Positions 1-9,769 of a DNA stretch of 14,000 nucleotides are shown in pieces. The notes below the pieces were generated by a model, which worked only from the letters and a program-made list of their open reading frames with translations, made no database searches and had not been told where the DNA came from. Positions within the stretch are counted from its first letter, which is position 1; the number at the start of each line of letters is the position of its first letter. This DNA comes from Takakia lepidozioides (taxonomy: Eukaryota > Plantae > Bryophyta): the NCBI GenBank assembly GCA_030704615.1, contig JAKLZA010000300.1:1-14000 (forward strand), given 5' to 3'. The translations under genes and the position numbers were made by a program.

Positions 1-14
1 CATGCGAGATAAAC

Positions 15-140
15 TACAGCCTATCACAGCCCAGCACGGCGCAGTGCAACACAGCCTATCACAACCCTACCACAGCGTGTCACAGCCTATCACAGTGTAC
101 CACAGTATGGACACACCTGTCACAGCTCAACATAGCCTAC
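15..140. repeat. CACAGCC tandem array of the flanking sibling element
   Basis: ACAGCCTATCACAGCC units; reverse complement of the 6178-6330 array. Confidence 0.85.
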
Positions 141-841
141 TAGGATACACGATCCATAGAATCAGTGACAGGTGGGCGCACAATAAACTTTAGGAAAATG
201 GCTGCGGAAGAAAAGGACGGAAACCAGTTAAAAATAGACACGTGGAAGTCAGTGCGCGCCACACAGCCGAGAAGGAAGTGAAGAACAAGAACAGGTGTCA
301 AAAGAAGAGGACAAGAACGGCCGTCAAAATGGATGAAAGGCGGCCATTAAGAAATACGGAAAAAAAAAGGGGAACGAACAAACGGCAAGTACAGAAAAAG
401 CGAAATTCGTGCCACATGTGTGATCTAGTGGACTATCCAGCAGTGAACGTCCACTAAAGAAAATGAAAGCTAAAAATCAAGTCACAGTGGTTACAGCCAA
501 TAGAAAGCAGAGAAAGATCAAGAAATGGGAGGGAAATTAAGCGCAAGAGGCGGCGTCGTTTTGAGTAAAACGGGTCGTCTCGAAAGGACAGACCATCAAT
601 TCTATAGCTTGAAACTATGGAGGAGGAGGAATAACAGACTATACGCTTGAAATACTACTTACGCAGTTGATAGGGACGACGAAACAAACAGAGCGGATAT
701 TTTCTCTTTGAGCGATGCTTGACAAGCCCCACAGGCTTACAAGAAATACCCCATAGCTTTTGTCACAACCATACTTTTATGCTTGTGCATACAGGCATTT
801 CTCAGTTGTTACAGCCAAAACATTTCTGTGCGTCTTAGAAT

Positions 842-846
842 GCCGA
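842..846. other. Candidate left 5-bp target site duplication GCCGA
   Basis: These 5 bp flank the LTR start, and Gypsy elements typically make 5-bp TSDs. The partner copy would lie outside the window, so this is unverified. Confidence 0.45.
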
Positions 847-1886
847 TGTCGCGCGGCTTTTCTCACCCATCCCTTCGCTATTCGAGGCGGAAACTCCAAG
901 ATTGAAGAGTTGGAAATCTCTAAGTACTCAGCCCGCGCAGAACAATCAGTCATGACCTACAGCTAGTGTATCATGGGGGGGTGTTCTTATTTGTTTCCCT
1001 TTTGGTATTCATGTTAACTATCTACCATTGATAATTAAGTATCAGTTTGCTTTATCAATCTATTGGATTCCATCAACTCATCCATTCATTCCACAGCTTC
1101 ACTCAGATCTCTCTACACAGTGTGATTGTATCGTAAAAGTATCCGATTATGATTTATCAGGTATCAGGCCGAAGCCATTGTGTCTCTAATCTACTCTACA
1201 ATATCATTAGCCTTGCATATATCAAGCATCTACTCATCATCTTCTATCTTCACTTCCGTTCTTCATCTCTGCCCGATCCCCTCTCCTCTATCACCAAGAA
1301 GTCCTCCTCGAATCCCCTCCCTCAATCCCCGTTTCTCCCTTTATCTTCCTATCCGCGGTTCTAACCGTTTCCCTCACTAACCGTCGTCTGTGAACTAACA
1401 TGTTCCCTTCGCAGGTGTTGTTCACTGTCTGACTCTTCGTTCCCTATGATCTGACAGCTGTCAAGCTGTGACTGGCTGTGTGAAAGTGACGGGCTGTGTG
1501 ACTGGCTGTGTGACTGGTGTTTGATGTGGTCGGGAGTGACTGGTTGTGTGACTGGCTGTGTGGTGTGAGGGCTGTGTCGGCTGTGTGGCTGTGTCTGCTG
1601 TGACGACTGTGACGGCTGTGTGGCTGTGTCGACTGTGACGGGATGTTTTCTTCTGCTGTGTTGATGGTGTTGTGGTGTCGTGTGAAGAATGTGGGGGCTG
1701 TGTTGGCTGTGTGTTGGCTGTGTGTCGGCTGTGTGACGACTGTGACGACTGTGACGGGCTGTGTAACCCCCCTCTACAGTGCGCTGCTGTCACCCCTAAG
1801 GCTCCTGTTGGTCTCAGTCTGTGCAAAAATTAAGGGTACCCTACAGATCCCGTATAAGTGTCTAAGTCCCCGACAGTCCTCTAACA
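847..1886 (-). repeat. 3' LTR (~1040 bp), TGT...ACA termini
   Basis: Aligns with 13180-14000 (for example ~868-975 is essentially identical to ~13201-13308). The right end CTAACA (1886) abuts the polypurine tract. An alternative end at CGACA (1875) is less likely. Confidence 0.88.
1457..1765. repeat. Tandem array inside the 3' LTR (U3 side), (GG/GA)CTGTG core, mostly 9- and 12-bp units
   Basis: Repeated units ACTGGCTGTGTG, GGCTGTGTC and GACTGTGAC. Confidence 0.92.
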
Positions 1887-1902
1887 TTACCCTTCCCCCC
1901 TA
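1887..1902 (-). promoter_or_regulatory. Polypurine tract (plus-strand primer)
   Basis: Minus strand TAGGGGGGAAGGGTAA immediately precedes TGTTAGAGG, the start of the 3' LTR. Confidence 0.85.
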
Positions 1903-1915
1903 AAAAGCCGTGTCC

Positions 1916-4900
1916 TCACGGTTTACTGATTTCGACTAGCAAACCTTTGTGAGTGAGCACCTCTTGACGTTGAGAGTTTCGTGGCGGACTGTGTGTACGA
2001 GCCCGAGGTCTGTCTCTGGTTGACGAGAGATGGTTGATCACTACCTGGATAAGTGAGGCCCTCTGGAGGCTGATATCGAGGTGGAGGTAATTTTCCGGCA
2101 TAGGAGATCCCCGTCGCTTCTTCTCTGCCATCTGAATTGCATAGTCTTCTCCCATGTCAAAAGAATTCGGTGAAGAAACAGTTGTATCAGAATCCTCATC
2201 GCCTCTCAGGTGTTTTAATTTTCGAACTTTTTGTGAATCATCTGGGGCATACAATGTGTCTACTACCATGTCTGGAAGTTTGTATTTTACAACATTGGTG
2301 TAACCGCTGAACAGCAAAATTGGTGTAGACACTGAGCTCTTGTCTGTCCAGGTGAGTGGGGGGGGTACCAATTACTGGTGCAGCGTGCAAGTACTTCCAT
2401 GCCACATGTCCCTTATAGAAAATGTCATCAATGCCGAAATTTCTGTGTTGACAAATGGTTGCAGGCCGCTTGAAACCATGAACGAATTTGAGAATCCTTT
2501 TGCATCATAACTTTTGGGTCATATAGGTACATATGAGGTGGCACCGAAGGTAATACCCAATGATCTCCACTGAATAACTTTGAAAGCGTGTTTGCATCTT
2601 TTGTTGCTCAATGTGGTAACGTACCAGAAAACAAGCAGCGTAGTATAACCCGCACCCCATGACAATACTTGCTATCTCCTTGGTCTTGGTATAAATGAGT
2701 CCATGTACAACCTGGAAAGCAATCAATTCCCTCAACATGGTACCTGCCTCGTGCCAGTATTGTGCAAAGTGATGATCTTCAATATGTCGATTGTTCGGAA
2801 GAACTTTAGTCCTAGTTGCCACTGGCAGCCAAATACGCATGATTTGGTAGTAATGTGCGAATGACTGCGGAGGACTAAATTCTTTCCAAGCCAAATCCAA
2901 CATGATGGGAATTTGGTTGAAGGGCATAATCATAGCCCTACTGTACTCCCTGCAGCTGGAGTTTTAGGTGGGTTTAAAAGCGGCATTGCCCCATACCTCC
3001 GGCTGTGGTGGCTGTGGTGTGGTGTGGTTGTAGTAACCACAGGTTCAGCTACTGGTACAGTGACTTGTTGTGGTGTGGTGGTACTGGCTCTTGTATCATT
3101 GGCATCTCCTGCACCTCCTGTGAAGACTGAAAAGCCAAAGTTCTGGCTTGTAAATAAGAAGCCATTAGCTGTTCCTGAGGGATATAGACTCTTTGGTCGA
3201 TGTTTGAAGTGAGTTCTTCCACTTGAGTCTGGAGTCCGTCTACATCCTCTTGTAACTCTGCTATCCTACTATAGACATTGTCTATAGTAGTTGTGGCAAT
3301 GTTCTGCACCTGCAGCCTGAGCTCATTCATCTCGCTTTGGGTGAGCTTCCGTGGTGCTTTGCCCTCTACTGGCCCTTGTGCTAACCAGACCTGCATAAGG
3401 CTGTTATCCACCAAGTTGCTTGTGGTTCCCCTGAGAGTTTGCTCCTCTCTTAGCTTGTACAATTCCAACTGCTGTTGTAAAGCCTCCATGCGCTTCGCCT
3501 GAGGTTCAACCAATTGCGCATAAGCAGCAAGTAGATTATTGGCTTCCTTCCAAGCCTTGTTATTGACCGCGATTTCATTTCTATTGGCCATGATGGTTTG
3601 TTGCAACTCCACGATGTGCTTTCTCTTGATCAGCTTCAATCTGCCTGTATTGCTTGAAAGTATCTTCATTGCGACAGATTGTATTCTTCATATCGACAAT
3701 GAGCTTCATTTGCTCAACATTCTCTTCTTCTGCCTTCGTACATTTTTCCGCTTGACTGTTTATTTCTTTTGTAGATTGGTCAAGCATAGTTGTAAATGTA
3801 GCACATTGTATCGCCATCCTGTTATGCACTGTCTGCAACTCCGTATGTAGTGCATTCAGTTCTTGCAACTTGCTTTCATGCTGCACCTGCATTTGGTATA
3901 GCTGTTGCTTATGTGCTTCGTGCAACTGGTCTTGCGCGAGGCCTGCCTCAATCAATTGTTGCTTGGCCAATTGCAAAGCCATTTCTGTATTTCCAAGTCC
4001 TGCTTCATCTTGAGAGTGACCTCTTCATCGACCTTGTTTGCACACTCAGTGGCAAGTCGAGCCTCAAACTCCTTCCTGAGTTCCTCTTTCAAGGCTGTCA
4101 ATTGGGTAATTGGAACATGGGATTTGACATAAGTCCCCAACAAATTAAGTGTCCTGCCTATGGAACTCATCAGCATTGCCTGTTGAGGGTCATCATGGTG
4201 AGGTTGCTGCTGTTCCTCCTGATCTTCAACAGTGTGATGTCTCACTAACCATTCAGGCCATTGTCCCACCGGATTTTCTTCCTGAACTACTTCATCTATC
4301 ACCGGTGCTACAGTGTCATGACCTTCCGCCTGTGGTACCTCCGACACAGGTGTGTGTATTATATGCACCTCAGGATTTCCCTTGGGCAACTGTTGCACCT
4401 CTGGGTTCTGTCTCCTTGACCAGACCAGAATATTCATAGAGAAGGTCCCCCTTCTCTATTTCTGCCACTATCTGTTCTGTAGTTGGAATATCTAACCCTT
4501 CACTTTCCAAATCAATTATTTCTGGTTGAGCTGCATGGATAACTTGTGACCTTGTGACAAGTCGTTCAGGTGGCTGTGATGGTTGTGATGCAGAAGTAAC
4601 TTCCTCCTCCCTCTCTGAAGGTCCTGCTTCCAGTAATAGCATTTCTCTGTGCTGCTGTGCCCCTTCCTGGCCATGAGCTTGGGAAACATTATCATGCGGA
4701 ATCCGTGAAGCCAGTGGATCCGCCACTACAGTCTTTCCCCGTCTCTGCCTCTTAGTCTGGGTTGCCCTGCTAGTCCACCCTCACTATGTGTGAAGAGCCT
4801 TGCTCTTCCATTGCAGTTGTTCTGGCTCAAACACTCCCATTTCCTTTTTTCTTGCGCATTAAGTATGCCAGAATCAAGGATTATTTGAGCAATGATTGGG

Positions 4901-5705
4901 CCAGACACTATTATAGGAGACTTTGCGGTAGTACCTTGTAATCTTTTCATCTCCTCTACCAGTGCGTTGTACATTATGTCCGCCCATTGTACCTCTTGTC
5001 CCTTCAGGCCTTTGAGTATTTCCTCCGTGAAGGATCTGCTCAAATACTGTTGGTTCTGTTTCATGGCAATCAATCAGAACGTTCAATACCTGGCCTACCT
5101 CTTTTAACCCTGGGTACACAGCCTTGGTACAAGCATAACCCTGAGTTTTAAAGAAACTCCCTTCTTGGAATAAGTCCCCTATTTGCAGTCTTGCCCTGTG
5201 TTGCTCCACATGCACCTGACCTGCTGGCAATCGAAACAATTGCTGGAGGTATAGGGGAGTAATCATTAATTCAACTCCCTTCACCGTTGTTGTTCCTGTC
5301 TTGGCTCAAAGTTCTGCAAAAATTGTAACATGTACTGTCTATGGTGTGTAGTGTCCAATCTAGGCTTTGCAATCCTTGCAATCTCAGCTCCTCCAGTATC
5401 TGTATCGCCTGTGGGGTAGCAATCGTTTGTTTCTGCAGAATTGTGGTGCTCTTCACCCTGATTTCCTCCATTCCTCTCACTCTCTTCATTTTAGACTCAC
5501 AGAACTGTTTTGGCTGTAACAACTGCAGGAATGCCTGTAGTGCACAAAGCATAAACGTATGGTTGCCGCAGAAAGCTATGGGTAATTTCTTGTAAGCCTG
5601 CGGGGCTTGCAAGCATCGCTCAAGAGAAAAGCTCCGCTCTGTCCTTTCGTGTCTATGCCACTGCGTAAGTAATATTGCGAGCGTATAGTCTGTTAGTTCC
5701 TCCAT
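1916..5705 (-). pseudogene. Large sense-strand extra ORF downstream of pol (plant-transposon-protein-like domain + coiled coil + unknown C-terminal domain); frameshifted, probably a single ~1200 aa gene
   Basis: Minus-strand ORFs tile almost without gaps: 6038-5271, 5284-4874, 5073-4726, 4726-4370, 4437-3952, 3982-3581, 3669-3049, 2933-2505 and 2371-1916. The final stop is 13 nt before the PPT. Candidate starts are ATG 5705 and ATG 5489. Confidence 0.75.
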
Positions 5706-6177
5706 AGTTTCCAAGGTATAGCATTGATGGTCTGTCCTGTCGAGACGCCCGTTACTCAGAACGACGCCGCCTCTTGCGCTCAAATTCCCTCCATTTTCTT
5801 GATCCTTTCTCTGGTTTTCTATTGGCTGTATCCGCTGTGACTGGATTTTAGATTTTATCTTCTTTAGTGGACTTTCCCTGTTGGATAGTCCACTAGGATC
5901 ACACATGTGACAAGAATTCGGCTTTTCTGTACTTGCCGTTCGTTCCGTTTCCCTTTTTCCGTACTCATTAATGGGCCCGCCTTTCATCCCTTTTGACGGC
6001 CGTTCTTGTCCCTTTCTTTTTGACACCTGTCCTTGCACTTCATTCTCGGCTGTGTGTCGCGCCTGACCTCCACGTGTCTATTTTTAAAGTAATTTCCGTT
6101 TCTTCTTCCGTCAGCCATTTTCCTGAAGTTATTATGTGTCCACTTGTCACTGATTCTATGGATCGTGTAACTTTAGT

Positions 6178-6470
6178 AGGCTGTGTTGAGCTGTGACAGG
6201 CTGTGTGTCATACTGTGTTACGCTGTGATAGGCTGTGATGCACTGTGGTAAGCTGTGTGATAGGCTGTGACACGCTGTGGTAGGTTGTGATAGGCTGTGT
6301 TGCGCCGTGCTGGGCTGTGATAGGCTGTGTTGCGCTGCTGGGCTGTGATAGGCTGTGTCACGTCGTGATGGGCTGTGATAGGCTGTGTCACGTCGTGATG
6401 GGCTGTGTGTGATGTGATAGGCGTGTTGCTGTGATGGATGGTTTGTGAGCTGTGATAGGCTGTGTCACGT
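6178..6470. repeat. Internal tandem array with GGCTGTG core, ~10-bp subunits and a 30-bp higher-order unit
   Basis: 6341-6370 and 6371-6400 are identical copies of GGCTGTGATAGGCTGTGTCACGTCGTGATG, flanked by degenerate copies. Confidence 0.92.
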
Positions 6471-7895
6471 TTGTTTGCCCACCCTGGTCATATATGCTGG
6501 GCCTAGCGACAAGTGTTCCATACTCCGTTCGTAACACTGGTGCAGCCCGTGACTGCTCTTGCGGTTCAACATGCAAATCATGCTGCAGGGGTTTGTCATG
6601 GATACCACTGTACCCCTTCAACTTATTGCATTGACTCTTCCCAGCATTTCTTTGTTAATGGTTTGTAACATGGCGGTGTGTGTTGTATCATACATCTTTT
6701 GTATGACATAAGGTCCTTTCACGGTGATTTAAGCTTAGAAGCTTGAATCTTTCCTTTCTTCTGCAACCATAGAACCAAATCCCCCGTCTTAAAAGTCTTT
6801 AACTTGCCTTCATCAAACTGTTCCTTTCGCTTCATCTGAATTCTGGTCATATTATCAGCTGCATCAGCACGTACTTCTTCCACATGGTATAATTCATGTT
6901 TCCTGACCTTGATGGAGTCTTGCAATTCCATTCTTTTCCCCACTCCGTTCTCATGGTAGGTAACAGGAATTCCACTGGAAGTAAGGCTTCCATACCATAA
7001 ACTAATTGGAATGGTGTATACTTAGTGGTGACTTTATATGAAGTCCTGTATGACCACAAAGCTGTCAGCAGCTTTGTATCCCAATCCGTTCTGTTTGCAT
7101 TGACTATCTTAGCCAAGATAGTACATAGTATTTTGTTGGTAGCCTCTGCCTGCCCATTACCCTGTGGGTAATATGTTGTACTCTTTCTATGCACAATCAT
7201 AAACTCTTTAGTCAACAACTCAATGGTCTCATTCATGAAGTGACTTCCTTGATCACTGATAAATTCTAAGGGACAGCCAAATCGTGTAAGTATGTTCTCG
7301 TACAGGAACCTTGCTGTGGACTTGGCTGTGTTGTCCCTCAAAGCTTTAGCTTCCACCCACTTTGTAGTATAATCAGTGGCTGTAATTATGTACCTGTTTC
7401 GTGTATTCTTGGATGGTGGGTTAATTGGTCCAACAAAGTCTAGTCCCCATTTCTGAAATGGTTCCGTAGGCATTGTAGGATGCAAGGCCATCCTTCCAGA
7501 TCTCTGCAAAGGTCCTAGCCTCTGACATTCATCACACTTCTGACAATACTCGTGTACATCTTTGAACAAAGTAGGCCACCAGTATCCTGCGAGTAGTATC
7601 TTTCTACTGGTAGTCTCTTCTCCAAAATGACCTCCAGCCACTCCTTTATGAACTTCCGCCAAAACTTTATTTACTTCATGGTGGTACAAGCATCGTTTAG
7701 TACTCCATCAGGTCCTAACTTATACATTCTGCTTCCTACCATAGTATAAGGTAAAGCTTTGATAGCGATTCTCTTCCTCTGCTCCTTACCATAACTAGGT
7801 GGGCACTGACCATGAGCAAGGTAGTATCTGATTGGCCACTGCCAATCTAACCATTCATCTGCACTTCCTTGCACCTCCATTACAAAAACTCGCAT
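6388..7895 (-). pseudogene. pol: Integrase (HHCC, DDE core, GPY/F C-terminus, low-complexity tail); frameshifted
   Basis: Motifs EVHKGVAGGHF...CQKCDEC, WGLDFVGP, ISDQGSHF, GNGQAEATNK, FKTGDLVL, KGPYVI and RVN..KLKGY. The last frame continues to a stop at 6388 inside the tandem array. Confidence 0.95.
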
Positions 7896-7939
7896 CAGGT
7901 AACTGATCGTCTATTCCTGTGGCGGCCTCTCCTGTTGTT

Positions 7940-8300
7940 AGTCGTGACAAATGATCTGCCACAAGATGCAAACGGCCAGGCTTGTAAATAAACCTCGAAC
8001 TCAAACTCGTGCAAGATTATTAACCATCTTGCTATTCTTCCGCTTATCAGAGGTTTGTTTACCAGGTATATCAGAGCCTGGTGATCCACATAGAACATAA
8101 ACTTCTGCCCAACAGGTAATGCCTGAATTTCTTCACTGCATAGATCATTGCCAATGCTTCTCTTTCCGTTGTGCTATAGTTCCTCTCAGCACTGTTCATC
8201 AACCGGCTAGCATAGTACACAGGTGAATCTATATTCCCTGTAACATTCTGGGCTAACACCGCTCCCAACGCTTCTCCTGATGCATCGCAGTGAACATGAA
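7940..8300 (-). pseudogene. pol: RNase H domain; frameshifted
   Basis: Motifs [62 protein letters not shown] and VADHLSRL. Confidence 0.95.
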
Positions 8301-8341
8301 TACTACATGCCAGTGAGGGTTAATCAGCACAGGTGTAGTTG

Positions 8342-9326
8342 TTACTGACAGTGTGTAAGTTCCTCAAATGCCTGTTGACATTCAGCTGTCCAGGCAAACA
8401 CTGCATCTTTCTTCAGTAGTTTGCTCAATGGTGCTGCTATTTGTGCATACCTTTTGACAAATCTCCTGTAATAACTGGTTTGCCCAAGGAATCTCCGTAG
8501 ACTTTTAACATTCACTGGTGGTGGAGAGGCTTTAATGGACTCTGTCTTTCTGGGATCCACAAGGAGTCCCTCTTACACACAATGTGTCCCAGAAGCACCC
8601 CTGAGTTCACACAGAAAGTACACTTCTCTGGATTCAGGCCCAGACCTCTCATCCTGCATCTGGCCAAACATAACTCCAATTTATGCAAGTGCTCATTCTT
8701 AGAGCTGTACACACTGAAATCATCCAAGAATACCTGCATGAAATCATCCAGATACTCATGAAAAGATTCACTTATCACTCTCTGAAAGGTCGCTGGTGCA
8801 TTACAAAGTCCAAAGGGCATGACTTTGTATGCATAGCCCCCCAGTCTGTGATGAAAGCTGTTTTCCCTTGGTCTTCTTCTGCCACTTGCACTTGATTATA
8901 ACCACTGAAGCCATCCATGAATGAGTACATCTCATGGCCTGCCACAGTGTCTAATACTGCTTCTGTGAATGGCAAAGGGAAAGGATCTTTCTTCGTACAA
9001 GCATTCAGCTTCTTATAGTTCACACATACTCTTAGTTTGCCATTCTTCTTGGGAACTATAACAATGGGTGACAACCAAGTTGTATACTCTATTGGGTATA
9101 TAAACTTAGCCTCAGCCAACTTCTTTATCTCTTCTCCAACCTTCTGTGCGTAGTTGGGATTCATTCTATACCTCGCCTGCTTGATTGGTACTGACCCTGG
9201 TTCCAGTTCAATCTTATGCTGACAGACTTCAGGTGGTATCCCTTTTAGATCCTCATAGCTCCAAGCAAATACATCTCTGTATTTGATGAACAAGCTTTTA
9301 GCTTCTTCGAAGAATTCCGGCTCCAA
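8342..9326 (-). pseudogene. pol: Reverse transcriptase plus connection domain; frameshifted
   Basis: Motifs WLSPIVIVPKKNGKLRVCVNYKKLN, DPFPLP, FMDGFSGYNQV, MPFGLCNAPATFQR, VFLDDFSV, LNPEKC, LLGHIV and LRRFLGQTSYYRRFVK. Confidence 0.97.
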
Positions 9327-9769
9327 ATCAGCTCCTACTTCACCATCCTCGGTTCCTCTTTAGTTCCCACATTTACTTTCCTCACCTGCTCATCAGCTGT
9401 GATTGTCCAACCAGTCACCACTTCATCCTGTAAGCTCACAGTGGCTGGTTCTTCTAGGATTTCTATTTCTCCTTCTCTTTCTTCATAGAAATGTGATGGG
9501 TAAATGCTGGTTTCCTCTTCAGTTGGTGTTGCTGTCACTACACCACAGCAGATACCTCTCAAACAACTTAGGCTTTCCAGCCGCATCTCTGCAACCTGCT
9601 CCCACTCTGGGTGTGCAGCAAATAGGGTAGCTTCCTGCTCCTCATCCAGTCCTCCTCTCCAGTCATACTCTCTGACTCCTCGAGGTCTTCTTGTAGCAGG
9701 TAATCTACTAGATTTCTTTGTGGTAATTTGTATCTCGTGTATCCCATTATGCACGGTTAGTAACTGAGA

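Larger units (their letters stand above)
1..846 (+). mobile_element. Internal fragment of a second element of the same family in opposite orientation (insertion target)
   Basis: ~17-841 is the diverged reverse complement of ~5488-6328. Shared blocks include GATCCATAGAATCAGTGACA, CTAGTGGACTATCCA, GCGCAAGAGGCGGCGTCGTT and CAGTTGTTACAGCCAAAACA. Confidence 0.93.

Noticed and set aside
760-966. Duplicated small + strand ORF ending ...EQSVMTYS (also 13039-13299)
   Set aside because: The shared C-termini arise only because both frames run into the LTR sequence, antisense to the element.
1871-1875. LTR end at CGACA (perfect 5-bp inverted match to TGTCG)
   Set aside because: It would leave 11 nt between the LTR and the PPT, whereas the ACA at 1884-1886 abuts the PPT. 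This cannot be fully excluded without the end of the other LTR.
1461-1903. ORFs 1461-1826 (-) and 1643-1903 (+) as real genes
   Set aside because: They lie essentially within the LTR and stay open because the stop-poor repeat units are 9 or 12 bp. Their products are low-complexity.
2913-5595. Plus-strand ORFs as an antisense extra gene (as in some Tat/Retand elements)
   Set aside because: They are short hydrophobic or Cys/Ser-rich shadows of the Q/E/K-rich minus-strand coding region and show no coherent domain.
1916-5705. True retroviral env (fusion glycoprotein)
   Set aside because: No clear signal peptide, furin site/fusion peptide arrangement or strong C-terminal TM anchor. There is only one moderately hydrophobic segment.
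5706-6038. N-terminal 111 codons of ORF 5271-6038 as coding
   Set aside because: The ORF has a non-ATG start, and the homologous sibling region (242-600) has different frames and stops. It is more likely purine-rich non-coding spacer.
6178-6470. CRISPR array
   Set aside because: These are contiguous degenerate tandem units with no unique spacers, no cas genes and a eukaryotic retroelement context.
6388-6720. Chromodomain or additional RNase H after integrase
   Set aside because: No chromodomain aromatic-cage pattern or RNase H catalytic motif is visible in the minus-strand frames examined.
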